Positions 8,203 through 18,420 of a DNA stretch of 61,677 nucleotides are shown one piece after another. Numbering within the stretch: position 1 is the stretch's first letter; each line of letters starts with the position of its first letter. Below the pieces are notes generated by a model. That model made no database searches. It was not told the origin of the DNA and was given only the letters and a program-made list of their open reading frames with translations. Both the position numbers and the translations under genes were made by a program. This DNA is from a virus (lineage: Duplodnaviria; Caudoviricetes): positions 1-61,677 of IMG/VR virus record IMGVR_UViG_3300038327_000229, one strand, 5' to 3'.

Positions 8203-10136
8203 TGGGTATATTCTCTAAAAAACCAAAACCCTTTGAAAGAGAGCGGAGTCTTACTGAAGATCCTCCTAAGGGGTCGCCAGTAATTAATACGAATATAGAG
8301 GACGAAGCAGAAAAGGAAGTGCAGGAGATATTTAGTGATATAAAAGATAATATAATGTTATCTAATGAGTTGCTTAACTTATTAGATGAGAAGTGTAGGG
8401 CAACGCATGTCCCTGTAGATCCTATCGTGCAGGACGTAAGGGCCGCCGTAGCAAGAAAAGATCCATCGGAAGCGGATGGCGCAAGAATAAGTTTTCATTT
8501 ATTTCTTACTGCAGTAAAAAAGTATGAGCAGGTTCAACTTAATTACACTCTAACTATTTCTGAATCGATGACAGGTAATCCTAGTTTAGACTCTACTACT
8601 ACTAGGAGATTTAAATACAGGATTATTCATGGAATTTCCGATAATGATCTTTTAATGTTTGATTCAGTCTATTTATTGAATTATGCAATACATAAATTCC
8701 AAGATATATTTAATGTGCCAGAGATACTTAAAATATCTCCACCATCAGAACATCCAGAAGGAGCTGCGTATGGTGCAATGAAATTAGTCATTGCTATTGC
8801 TTTTGCCTCTGCGATAGATGTGCTAAACAAGGAGTTGATTCAGGCAATTCGTAATGTTGGTCGTGGTTCATCATCATCTTCTGTTTCTTCATCTGCCCCA
8901 GAAGAATTTACATTTAGTAGAATGGATGAGTTAGCCTTAGAGAAAATATCTCAAAATGATTATAAAATAATATTAGATTATGTGATTGGATATATCTATC
9001 CATCTTTAGATCCAAAGTATGATCTCTGGATAAACTATGTTGGTCTTAGGCAATCTAGAAATACATCGGTAGATATGTATAGGTATTATCCTACATATTC
9101 TCATGAAGCTAATATAAGACTGAATCTTGGAGACAAGTTACCTCGATCAGGCAATGAAGATTATGTATCAGACCATTTGAAGGATGAGTTTCTAGCAGCC
9201 TTTAAAAATAATTTTAAAAATATGTGTGCTACAACATCTCAATCCATGAGATTCAATTCTAATGAACAAAGAGCTCTTATAAACAACGTAGCACAAACTA
9301 GCGCCTATCGAGTTACTAAAGATCAGATATGCTGCTTATTCAGAATAATGGCTAAGCACGGTATCTCAGATAAAAAAACTATTAAGCTAATTAAGGTAGT
9401 TTTAAGAGCCGCGTCAAAAACGCTCTCTGTAAATTTATCCGCCAGGTACGCAAAGAAAACTGTTGCACAGCTATCTGGTGCAAATGCAGATTTTATGTAT
9501 ATAAAACATATAAAGCATAGGGTGATGGGCGTCATAGGAAGGATAAATGATTCTTGGTTTTCTAAAATGAATACACTTATAATGGAAAATCTTTATGTAA
9601 AATGCAAATTATTCCATGATATGTTTAAATCTATGTTAGATTTTGTCGAAGATATTGTTAGTGAAATAGGATCTAATGAGACAGATAGCGAAAAACAGCA
9701 GTCTATCATAGTATGGAGAAATATTGAGACCGTACAGACGAAATGGCAGCTAAGAGGACTAAGCCATATGGACATGATATTATCCTCTATATTAGAACAG
9801 TCTCTTGATGAATGCTATAATATGTCTGACGATGTTGTAGATAATATGATAGATGAGGTTGTAGGTGGGTTAAGTATACCGTCGAATCAGTATACAATTG
9901 ATATTCCTGATGATTTACGAGAAAGGTACTTTTCTGACAATAAGCCGATAAGAGTTAGTCAAAGCTCCAGCCTCTTTGGCTTGAGCAATACTACGACTAT
10001 TCCGGCTATTGATAAGTTTAATCAGCCAGAAACATCAGAAGAAGTGATAAGGAACATACTTAAGACTTGTAAAATGGAAATTAGCGACGAAGAGATTAAA
10101 AAGATGTTAAAGGAATCAGATGGGTCTTCTCGGTAG
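8202..10136 (+). CDS. Hypothetical helical protein between terminase and portal
   Basis: 644-aa ORF coupled to terL by TGATG and overlapping the portal start; no motif recognised. Confidence 0.6.
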   Translation: MGIFSKKPKPFERERSLTEDPPKGSPVINTNIEDEAEKEVQEIFSDIKDNIMLSNELLNLLDEKCRATHVPVDPIVQDVRAAVARKDPSEADGARISFHLFLTAVKKYEQVQLNYTLTISESMTGNPSLDSTTTRRFKYRIIHGISDNDLLMFDSVYLLNYAIHKFQDIFNVPEILKISPPSEHPEGAAYGAMKLVIAIAFASAIDVLNKELIQAIRNVGRGSSSSSVSSSAPEEFTFSRMDELALEKISQNDYKIILDYVIGYIYPSLDPKYDLWINYVGLRQSRNTSVDMYRYYPTYSHEANIRLNLGDKLPRSGNEDYVSDHLKDEFLAAFKNNFKNMCATTSQSMRFNSNEQRALINNVAQTSAYRVTKDQICCLFRIMAKHGISDKKTIKLIKVVLRAASKTLSVNLSARYAKKTVAQLSGANADFMYIKHIKHRVMGVIGRINDSWFSKMNTLIMENLYVKCKLFHDMFKSMLDFVEDIVSEIGSNETDSEKQQSIIVWRNIETVQTKWQLRGLSHMDMILSSILEQSLDECYNMSDDVVDNMIDEVVGGLSIPSNQYTIDIPDDLRERYFSDNKPIRVSQSSSLFGLSNTTTIPAIDKFNQPETSEEVIRNILKTCKMEISDEEIKKMLKESDGSSR

Positions 10137-12294
10137 AATAGCGTCAGTGTTCTCTACTACTAAACCAGAGCAAGAGGATCTTAGGCTTGTCCGCAAGACT
10201 AAGCCTTCTAGCGTAGAGTCTACTGTTAAGGAATCTCCGCGACAAGCTGTATCTACGCTCTACTATAAAACGAGCCTAACAGCAAGAGGCTACCCCAGTC
10301 TAGGGGGAGACGGCAACTATATCACTCCAATGTACAACCTTGGGGAAATAGGCAAGACGCTAGATGTAGAATCGTTCTTTGCTGCTTCTGTTAGAAGGCA
10401 CAGAGAGCTATCCATGAAAGAAGGATGGCATCTGCACGGTAAAGATAAAGAAGCTATAGCGTATGTAAAAAAACGATTTGAAGAGATAGAGCTTATAACT
10501 GGCGAACCTATCTCTGCTATTGTAAGAGAGCTTTTAACTAACTTGATTGCCTACGGCAATGCTATCCTTGTAATAAAGAGAGACCCTCTTAGGTCTAGTG
10601 GTTCTCCTATTAGGATGTTCGGTAAAACGATGCAGCCTATCTCTGGATTATATCCAGCAGATCCTACTAGTATGGCAGTAAAAAAGAATGACTTTGGCAG
10701 GCCAGTAGAGTGGAAACAAAAGATATGGGACTCTGAGAAAACTAGAAAGTTCAGGGCTTCCGACGTTGTACACTTCCATTTGGATAGAAAGTCTGGCTTT
10801 ACCTTTGGTACACCATATATAGTGCCTGTTCTTGAAGACATCAGAGCTTTGAGAAGGCTAGAGGAACTAGCCGAGCTAGTAACCCACAAGCATACATTCC
10901 CTCTATTCCATGCCAAGGTAGGCTCAAAAGATAAGCCAGCTGGATATATAACATCTCCAGATGGACAGACACTCTCAGAGGTAGATGTTATTGGAGCACA
11001 AGTAGATGCATTGCCTCCAGAGGGCGGGCTAGTCACCTCTGAAAGAGTAGAGATAAACATGCTTGGCACAGAAGGCCAGGTATTAGATTTAGAACCCTAT
11101 CTCTCTCACTTTGAAAGTAGAGTTCTTGGCGGCCTGAGGTTATCTGGAATAGACCTAGGCAGAGGCGATACTGCGAATAAGGCTACTGCGCAGACGGTTA
11201 CAAAGAATTTAGTCGATGCATGTTCAGAAATACAGAATGTATTTTCTGAAATGTTCACCGCCAAGATAGTTGATATCATACTATTAGAGGGTGGATTTAA
11301 CCTAGTCAGCGATGTACGGGTCTCTCTGAGATTCCCAGACATAGATAGAGAAGAGGCTAGAGCTCATCAGAACCATGGTATTCAGCTATTTATGCAGAAT
11401 GCTATAACAGAGGATGAGCTAAGAACGGACTATCTCAATCGAGAACCGTATGCTGATGGAGATAGAAAGAATACTTTCCACGAGCTATATACTAAGCCAT
11501 TAGCCGAGATTGGTGCAATGAACGAACAGGGCCCAGGCAGTTCACAAGGATCCGCCAACACCGTCACCAATAAAGCTCGCCCGACTAACCAGCATGGTAC
11601 TGCCACTACTAAAAAATCAGTTGCTCAGAATAGTCTGATGATGAAAGAGCTATTCAATCAGTTCTCTTACTCATGGTCAGAAATGTGCGAGGATATCTGT
11701 GGCCTTAGCGCTAGAAACGGCAAGTACAATAAGGCCACTAGGTCTAATGATATAAAGAAAATATTAATATTAAAAACAGATGCAATGATGTCTGATGCAA
11801 AAAAGTACTTATTGCCTGAAATAGAGAGCGGAGCAAAGGAAGCACGCAAAGATATACATACCAATAAGCTAGTATCTAAGGACGATATCAGCCTATTTTT
11901 GTCTAAGCACATACGTATACCGTTGATAAAGCTCAATCGTAAGGCTATGATAATGTTGAAGATAGATTTAGATAATGAAGTAAAACTTGACTTAGACCCG
12001 GCTAAGGCGTCTAGCATCTTTGACGCATTAAAAGTTGAGTTAGATATGATGACAGTCCAAACCGCGGACTTTGCTTATAAGTACGGATACATGACTACGT
12101 TACAGAAGGCTGGTAGGAAGAATATCAGAATTATGTATAATAGCATTAGCGAAGATGGAACACTTGATCTAGAGAAAGAAGTGGTTATGCCGATTGCTTC
12201 GGTAAGCAAAAGAGATGTTTCTGGTCCACATATACGGTTAAATACCACATGTGTGATAGATGAAGATATAAATATCAACAAGGGAGATGAGTAA
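10120..12294 (+). CDS. Portal protein with C-terminal extension
   Basis: LIAYGNAILVIKRD and DVVHFHLDRKSGFTFGTPYIVPVLEDIRALRRLEE match the portal pattern; lies between terL and protease. Confidence 0.85.
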   Translation: MGLLGRIASVFSTTKPEQEDLRLVRKTKPSSVESTVKESPRQAVSTLYYKTSLTARGYPSLGGDGNYITPMYNLGEIGKTLDVESFFAASVRRHRELSMKEGWHLHGKDKEAIAYVKKRFEEIELITGEPISAIVRELLTNLIAYGNAILVIKRDPLRSSGSPIRMFGKTMQPISGLYPADPTSMAVKKNDFGRPVEWKQKIWDSEKTRKFRASDVVHFHLDRKSGFTFGTPYIVPVLEDIRALRRLEELAELVTHKHTFPLFHAKVGSKDKPAGYITSPDGQTLSEVDVIGAQVDALPPEGGLVTSERVEINMLGTEGQVLDLEPYLSHFESRVLGGLRLSGIDLGRGDTANKATAQTVTKNLVDACSEIQNVFSEMFTAKIVDIILLEGGFNLVSDVRVSLRFPDIDREEARAHQNHGIQLFMQNAITEDELRTDYLNREPYADGDRKNTFHELYTKPLAEIGAMNEQGPGSSQGSANTVTNKARPTNQHGTATTKKSVAQNSLMMKELFNQFSYSWSEMCEDICGLSARNGKYNKATRSNDIKKILILKTDAMMSDAKKYLLPEIESGAKEARKDIHTNKLVSKDDISLFLSKHIRIPLIKLNRKAMIMLKIDLDNEVKLDLDPAKASSIFDALKVELDMMTVQTADFAYKYGYMTTLQKAGRKNIRIMYNSISEDGTLDLEKEVVMPIASVSKRDVSGPHIRLNTTCVIDEDININKGDE

Positions 12295-13961
12295 TGAACA
12301 GAGAAGTTCGATTTACCGATCTCTTTGGTATGCCAGAAAGATCCGATATATATACTGACGCTAACAATATTTTAGAAGATTTATATTCTTCTATTAATGC
12401 CCCTAGCTTCAGGGTAACTATTAAAGCAACTCACTCCGGCTACTTACTCAATAATCGTGTTTATCCTGGTAGTGGAGTAAAAGCAGGTGCATCTTCTTGG
12501 GTCTCCAAAGACAATGGAGGCACAGCTGGTTATGACAAACCATTCCTGAAGCATCACGATTCTAAATCTGAACCGATAGGTAGAATAGATTCGCAAAAAT
12601 TTGTACAGCTATGGGAAGATGATCGATTTAAGAACGATTGGAAGAATCCAGATCATGGTACAAATCCGGGATCTGGATATATCGTTATAAGTGGAACTGT
12701 TTCTGATAAAGATGCACAACAAAAGATACTAGACGGACGATATAAAACTGTTTCTACTGGACAAAGCAGCAACAAGGCATATTGCTCCATATGTGGCCAT
12801 GATTGGCTAAGTGATACTGACGAAGAAGAAGTCTGTAATCACAGACCAGGAAGAGTCTACGACCTAGAAGGAGTAAAATATAGAGCTTATCTTGTTACAG
12901 GTAAGATGAAATATATGGAATGCTCATTTGTGAACCACCCCGCCAATGAACTCGCAGGAATATTAAGCGCAGATTTTGATAGCGCTATAGTTCCAGAATC
13001 AAAAGAACAAACAGTAGAAGTTGTTACCGCAGATACTCTTGGTGGAGTCTGCTCAATAGTGCTAGCGGACTCAGAAGGCAGGGTGACAGAATTGATTAGA
13101 TCTCCAGACGATAAAGATGAAATTCCTTATGGGCAAGATAACGCAAAGCGTGCTGTAAGGGTTGCTGTTCCTGAAGGATTCGATATGGATAAAGATGGGT
13201 CACGCAGCAAAAAATTAGATTGGCCTAAGTCTCTTGGTCTAGGCGACACAAACGCCAACTACAATATAGAGGAGATGGCTGCCAGCATTAAAAATATGCT
13301 AAAACATGAAGTAATTAAGGAGCTGGCCGGCAGTTCATTAACAAGTAATTCAAAAATCAATACCGATAAACAATCAGGAGAATTAAATGATCCTGAAGGT
13401 GGGAAGGATGCTCAAAATATTATGAGTACCAAGAAAGAGAACGAGATTAAAGATACCGATGTTGCGAAAAATACGGATGATACGGATAAGCCTCTAGATA
13501 GGACAGTTGTTGTCTTGGAAAAGGCTTTAGAAGATAGTCAGTCTAGAACTGCAGAACTTGAAGCAGAACTAGCGAAGGCAAAGCAGTTGTACGACACTAA
13601 GATAAGTGAGTACAATTGCTTAATGGATGAGAATGCTGCCATTACTGAGGAATTCAAAAAGCAGCTCGCCTCTCAACTGGTCACTATGCAAATGCAACTC
13701 CATAAGCCGCAGGTGAAATCGGTAGCCGATCACCAAAGCTTCGGAGAGGCAGTGACTCATGTTGCAGCGAGAAGTGTTGAAAGCCTTAGAGATAGCATTG
13801 AGGATCTAGTGCCTGAGCTAGCAAGTAGTTTCAAGTCTAATGGATTACCATCTTTCATAAAAGATAGGGTTGAGGAGAAACCTCCTGTGGCCAAATCTGT
13901 GAAAGAGGAAAATGTATCGACTATCAAGAAAACAGACATTGATCCAATGGATCAAATTTAG
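12294..13961 (+). CDS. Prohead maturation protease with C-terminal scaffold-like coiled coil
   Basis: ATHSG..NNRVY, KPFLKHHD..EPIGRI, KILDGRYKTVSTG, CSICG..CNH and ECSFVNHPA; heptad-rich C-terminus; follows portal. Confidence 0.85.
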   Translation: MNREVRFTDLFGMPERSDIYTDANNILEDLYSSINAPSFRVTIKATHSGYLLNNRVYPGSGVKAGASSWVSKDNGGTAGYDKPFLKHHDSKSEPIGRIDSQKFVQLWEDDRFKNDWKNPDHGTNPGSGYIVISGTVSDKDAQQKILDGRYKTVSTGQSSNKAYCSICGHDWLSDTDEEEVCNHRPGRVYDLEGVKYRAYLVTGKMKYMECSFVNHPANELAGILSADFDSAIVPESKEQTVEVVTADTLGGVCSIVLADSEGRVTELIRSPDDKDEIPYGQDNAKRAVRVAVPEGFDMDKDGSRSKKLDWPKSLGLGDTNANYNIEEMAASIKNMLKHEVIKELAGSSLTSNSKINTDKQSGELNDPEGGKDAQNIMSTKKENEIKDTDVAKNTDDTDKPLDRTVVVLEKALEDSQSRTAELEAELAKAKQLYDTKISEYNCLMDENAAITEEFKKQLASQLVTMQMQLHKPQVKSVADHQSFGEAVTHVAARSVESLRDSIEDLVPELASSFKSNGLPSFIKDRVEEKPPVAKSVKEENVSTIKKTDIDPMDQI

Positions 13962-13974
13962 AAGAGGTAATTAA

Positions 13975-14907
13975 ATGGCTATTCGAACTGGAAGAGGCTA
14001 TGGGAAAATTCATCACCCATACCAAGAACTTTACGAAGGTGTACGTCCTTCGATTCAAGGCCTCAGGGCTGCGAACTTTCTCCCTGTCGCGATGTTAGAC
14101 AAGTTGCATGATGATGACCCCATCGTCCTGCTTCCTGGAACATTCGTTGGTAGGTTAAATGAGACTAATGGTCTTAGCGCAACCGATTCATTCTCGGATG
14201 CAGAAGAAGCTGCTAGGGCTGTTGTTCCTGCCTTTTATGGCACATACAAGGTAACATACGGAACACATGATAGTGATTTTGGCACTCCAGACATAGATGC
14301 TAATGGTGCCAATATTGTCGCAGCTACCGAGGGTGCGAGCACGGAAGTTGTAGGACCTGTTAGACCTTTAGGCGTTTTAACCGCTCCGGTTTATTCTAAC
14401 GCGCTCAAGACTAAGTACACGAATTACAGTCGTGATTTGATGCCTTCTGTATTAATGGGTAATTACTCTGTTGTTATTCCTGCAATGACTGCTGGAGAAC
14501 ATGCCATTGAGCCAGGGGACCTTGTCAGGGTGGGCGGAGCTAACGCTCTTGGAGAGAACTGGACTCCTCTATCCCCCAACACGGGTGTAGCTTCACCAGG
14601 CCGGCTAATCGCCTACGATGGTGCTGTAGCTACTGCTAGCTATGTCGTTGGTCGGTGTATTGACAAGTACGTTGTTGGTAGTATCGCTGGTGCTGACAAT
14701 ACCAAAGTAAGCACATTACTCGCTGCTGGTGGAACTATAAGTAGTCAGAATACAGATCATCAGTTTAACACCCTTAAGAAGGTGCAGACTGTGCCTGGTT
14801 TAGGTTTGAGTGGTTCTGGTACTCAGGGAATTCCTGCAATGTTTGAGCATGCTACAATTGATAGCGCTGATAATTTCTATGCTCTTGTAATCAAAGTGGA
14901 TCTTTAA
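13975..14907 (+). CDS. Capsid decoration/cement protein (putative)
   Basis: Between protease and MCP; SD gaggt; Gly/Pro/Val-rich beta-type sequence (IEPGDLVRV). Confidence 0.6.
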   Translation: MAIRTGRGYGKIHHPYQELYEGVRPSIQGLRAANFLPVAMLDKLHDDDPIVLLPGTFVGRLNETNGLSATDSFSDAEEAARAVVPAFYGTYKVTYGTHDSDFGTPDIDANGANIVAATEGASTEVVGPVRPLGVLTAPVYSNALKTKYTNYSRDLMPSVLMGNYSVVIPAMTAGEHAIEPGDLVRVGGANALGENWTPLSPNTGVASPGRLIAYDGAVATASYVVGRCIDKYVVGSIAGADNTKVSTLLAAGGTISSQNTDHQFNTLKKVQTVPGLGLSGSGTQGIPAMFEHATIDSADNFYALVIKVDL

Positions 14908-14916
14908 GGAGAAAAA

Positions 14917-16377
14917 ATGAGTCAAGATAGGTTAATTGGCGTTGACGAAGATGCTATTGAGCAGAACTTCGATGAGGGGCAAAAGAATACGATTCTTCGC
15001 CTTGTTGAAGATACTGAGAATGGTATCACCAACGCCGTAGACGGTGCTTTAGCTGAAAAGCTAGAAGAAGAAGGGTTGGATAGTCAGGCTATTAAAGCGC
15101 TCAAGCGTTTTACTGACGAACAACCAAAGAAACGCGAATTCGATGATAAGTTTGACCGAATGCATAGCATTTGGAAAAACAATGGTGTGCTGCCTGGCTC
15201 ACCTTCTCATCGGTTTAGTTTAGATGACTTGATCCAGGCTGACCAGAAGCGTAAGTCTTCCTTTGAGGCTGGCAAAATCAAGAAGGATGAGTTTTACGAT
15301 ACGCAGTTTGCGTTTGAGCAGCCAATGCTCATACCAAAAGTTGTTTCTCAGATTGTTAGGGATGCGATTGAACCAACAATTGCTCTTACTCCCCTGCTTC
15401 AGAGGATTAACTTTCAGGTTGGAACTAGTTTAACCTTCCCGGCTATGGGCGCATTCGCTGCTGCTGATATCCCAGAGGGTGGGGAATACCCAGAACAGAC
15501 GATGGAATTCGCAGGTCAAGTGACTGCGACCATCGGAAAGTCGGGTGTTGCCGTCAAGTTCACTGATGAGATGCTTAGGTACTCCTTGTTTGATGTAATG
15601 AGTATGCATCTGCGTGCAGCAGGTCGTGCCCTGATTCGTCATAAGGAGCAAAAAGTTGCCAACATGATTACTACTGCTGGAACCACATATATAGATAATA
15701 CGGCTAGCTCTGGTGCTTTAATGAGTACAGGCCGTGGTATCGATGGTGTTAGGAATGGTACGATTACCATCGAAGACATCTTCCGTATGTACGCCAGCAT
15801 GGTCGATGATGGTTATGTGCCAAACGCAATCATCATGCATCCATTTGGATGGCTTACCTTCGCACTTAACCCCCAGTTGCGTGCATTTGGATTTGCCAAC
15901 AACGGCGAAATGTTCCAAAACTATGCTGGTAGCCCCGGTTCAGGTGGAGAATTCCGTGTTGGAGGATTAAATCAGGAAACTAAGTTGACTGATCCTTCTG
16001 CTATTGCTACTACTTCGTCAAGGCTTCCGGCAGGATTCCCTGCTTCACTCAACATCATTGTTAGCCCTTTTGTCCCCTACGACGCTACTAACAATAAGAC
16101 TGAGTTCTGGATGGTCGACACTAATGAGCTCGGCGTTCTCGTAGTAGACGAAGATGTTGTGACTGAGGAGTTTGATGATCCGGCACGTGATATTCGCAAG
16201 ATCAAATTGCGCGAACGTTATGCTGTCGAAAACATCAATAATGGTCAAGCCATTAGGACTGCTAAAGGCATAGTCATTGATAAGTCGATAGATCCTGAAT
16301 CGACTCCAGTGCTTCAATTTGGTACTGGTGCCGTGACTACTGCCCTCTACACTGGTGGTGCTTACAGTCCTAGCTAG
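14917..16377 (+). CDS. Major capsid protein (HK97 fold)
   Basis: SD aggag; LIPKVVSQIVRDAIEP, IPEGGEYPE, GKSGVAVKFTDEMLRYS, PNAIIMHP, FDDPARDIRKIKLRERY; followed by a GC-rich hairpin. Confidence 0.9.
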   Translation: MSQDRLIGVDEDAIEQNFDEGQKNTILRLVEDTENGITNAVDGALAEKLEEEGLDSQAIKALKRFTDEQPKKREFDDKFDRMHSIWKNNGVLPGSPSHRFSLDDLIQADQKRKSSFEAGKIKKDEFYDTQFAFEQPMLIPKVVSQIVRDAIEPTIALTPLLQRINFQVGTSLTFPAMGAFAAADIPEGGEYPEQTMEFAGQVTATIGKSGVAVKFTDEMLRYSLFDVMSMHLRAAGRALIRHKEQKVANMITTAGTTYIDNTASSGALMSTGRGIDGVRNGTITIEDIFRMYASMVDDGYVPNAIIMHPFGWLTFALNPQLRAFGFANNGEMFQNYAGSPGSGGEFRVGGLNQETKLTDPSAIATTSSRLPAGFPASLNIIVSPFVPYDATNNKTEFWMVDTNELGVLVVDEDVVTEEFDDPARDIRKIKLRERYAVENINNGQAIRTAKGIVIDKSIDPESTPVLQFGTGAVTTALYTGGAYSPS

Positions 16378-16403
16378 GATTGTTTGTTAAGTTGAGCTGA
16401 TTA

Positions 16404-16429
16404 GCCCGGGGGCTTCCTCGCCCCCGGGC
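16404..16429 (+). terminator. GC-rich hairpin after MCP (terminator-like or mRNA-stabilising)
   Basis: Perfect 10-bp stem gcccgggggc / gcccccgggc with 6-nt loop ttcctc; only a weak T-run follows (ctagattt). Confidence 0.65.
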
Positions 16430-16448
16430 CTAGATTTAAGTAGGTAAA

Positions 16449-17033
16449 ATGGCAATAAAGATTTCAGATGAGGCAGAGTCTCCGACAGGATTGAAGCCAA
16501 TTAAAACTAATACCTATGTCTCATTAAATATGAAGACCAGGCAGTTTTATGCGGTTGACAATTTTGTTTTAACTGCAGACAGTCCTACTGCTAAAGTCAC
16601 TGCAGAGGTCTCCAAGGCAGATAGAGAGATAATTCAAAAGTCCATAGATATGGGATTCTTGGTTCAGTCTAAAATTCACATTCCGTTTGTAGACAAGCCA
16701 GTAGACCTTATTGATGATCTCAAGGAGAAGATAAAATCTTCTAAGAACATCAAAGAGCTGCATCCTCATATAGTTCCAGTCGTTTCTGGCAAAATAGCCA
16801 AAGACTATGGTGCAAGAGTGGTGCTAGATGAACTACTTGAGTACGAAAAAAACAGCCAGGCTAGAGCGAGATTCATAGAATACTTCGAATACGCATTGAA
16901 TAATATACCTGGCCCTGGAAAAATAATAGATTCAATCGTTGGTAAAAGAACGATAGATGTTGGGCATAAGACAGTAGATGTAGGAATGCGTGTTGGAGCC
17001 GAAACATCACCAAAAAATAAAGATCTAATTTAG
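16449..17033 (+). CDS. Hypothetical protein (head module)
   Basis: 194-aa ORF after the MCP hairpin; no motif recognised. Confidence 0.6.
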   Translation: MAIKISDEAESPTGLKPIKTNTYVSLNMKTRQFYAVDNFVLTADSPTAKVTAEVSKADREIIQKSIDMGFLVQSKIHIPFVDKPVDLIDDLKEKIKSSKNIKELHPHIVPVVSGKIAKDYGARVVLDELLEYEKNSQARARFIEYFEYALNNIPGPGKIIDSIVGKRTIDVGHKTVDVGMRVGAETSPKNKDLI

Positions 17034-17042
17034 GGGTATGTT

Positions 17043-18416
17043 GTGGCAGCACCAGTCTTTTCCGCGTCTACCCCTGCAGATGGTGCTACCAACGTATACC
17101 TCAATCAAAAATTAGAGGTAACTTTTAATACTAGCTTAGATGCTACTTCAGTGTCCGGGGCTACAGTGGTACTTAGATCTGTGGCTCTGGATACTGTTGT
17201 TGATGCTACTCTTAGTGTTTCCGGCACTAAAATAACAATAGTTCCATATACCTTACTTATATCTAACTCCATATATAGGCTGACTTTAATAGGAAGCGAC
17301 CTGGCTCTTTCTACTGGGGCTATAAAATCCGACACTAGCCATAGTCTAGTCACGACTAGCGTCCTTTCCTTTCAAACAGGAAGCCAGTTAGATACAACCT
17401 CTGTTGCTAGAACCGCAGAGGAGATTACACTTGGTGGAGACCTTAATCTTCCAGGAGATGTTAACTTAACTTCGACTTCTCTCACATTGGCGTCTAGTCT
17501 TCCTACCAATCATGCCTTCGGCGTCGACATCACTACGGACACGATAAAGCTGACTTTTTCAGCTGCGATTGATGCGACTACTGTAACTAATGATAGTGTA
17601 CAGGTAGTACAGTACGCATTCCTGGATGAAGAACACCTGTTGGCAACAGGCAGTGTCTTCTATGCTAATAATACCGGTGGCAATTATTCAGATCTATCGA
17701 TAGGGACTCTAGGCACAGCAGGTAAGGTAATAACTATTACACCAGATGCTGCTAGAGACTGGCCTAATAATATGACAGTAGAGGTGCATATTGCTGCAGC
17801 CGTAGCAGATACGGGTGGCAATACCCTAGGATCTGCGCAAAAGATTACGTTCCATACTGAGCCCTATCCTAATCTAGTCGGAGTCAGAGTAGTTAAGAAT
17901 GAACTGGGAACGATGATTCCTAATACATACTTAGATGATTATATCGGACTTAGAGCATGGGCTAACACTATAGATGTATATGAGAGTTTGGGCGCAAATA
18001 TAAATATAACTAAATTTTCTAAGAATAGATCATTTCGTGAATATGTAAAGTGCAAGACTGCAATGGATATACTTCATGATGTGAGAGGAACTAAGGATCT
18101 AGCCGCTGGAACCAGTAAAGAACTAGGTGACTTTAGAATATCATATTTCCCTGCTGGTGCAGATATAGCTACTCAAAAAGAGCGAGCACTACAGGTAAGA
18201 ATGAATACCGCTATGGCGGCCCTGGTCGGCTATATGAACAGGCCAAGATCGGCTACTAGAGATGTAGGGTCGGTAGTCAAACGTGGATCTAGACAGGTCA
18301 GGGGACCCTTCCTGTTTAATCCACAAAGGAATCTCTATGTATCTGACCCAATACCGGCAGCGAATACCGCCAGAGAAAGAAACAGCTTAATACCCGGTAT
18401 TATAGATACGGAGTAG
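17043..18416 (+). CDS. Two Ig-like domains fused to a putative head-tail adaptor domain
   Basis: Two copies of the bacterial Ig-like pattern (STPADGATNVYLNQKLEVTFNTSLDATSV; SLPTNHAFGVDITTDTIKLTFSAAIDATTV); helical C-terminal domain with SKELGDFRISY, typical of head-tail connectors; position after MCP. Confidence 0.65.
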   Translation: MAAPVFSASTPADGATNVYLNQKLEVTFNTSLDATSVSGATVVLRSVALDTVVDATLSVSGTKITIVPYTLLISNSIYRLTLIGSDLALSTGAIKSDTSHSLVTTSVLSFQTGSQLDTTSVARTAEEITLGGDLNLPGDVNLTSTSLTLASSLPTNHAFGVDITTDTIKLTFSAAIDATTVTNDSVQVVQYAFLDEEHLLATGSVFYANNTGGNYSDLSIGTLGTAGKVITITPDAARDWPNNMTVEVHIAAAVADTGGNTLGSAQKITFHTEPYPNLVGVRVVKNELGTMIPNTYLDDYIGLRAWANTIDVYESLGANINITKFSKNRSFREYVKCKTAMDILHDVRGTKDLAAGTSKELGDFRISYFPAGADIATQKERALQVRMNTAMAALVGYMNRPRSATRDVGSVVKRGSRQVRGPFLFNPQRNLYVSDPIPAANTARERNSLIPGIIDTE

Positions 18417-18420
18417 GAGC

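Noticed and set aside
6163-16377. Inteins or introns in terL, portal or MCP
   Set aside because: No C/S...HN-C/S/T splice junctions or LAGLIDADG/HNH motifs noticed; core motif spacing looks normal and the ORFs are uninterrupted.
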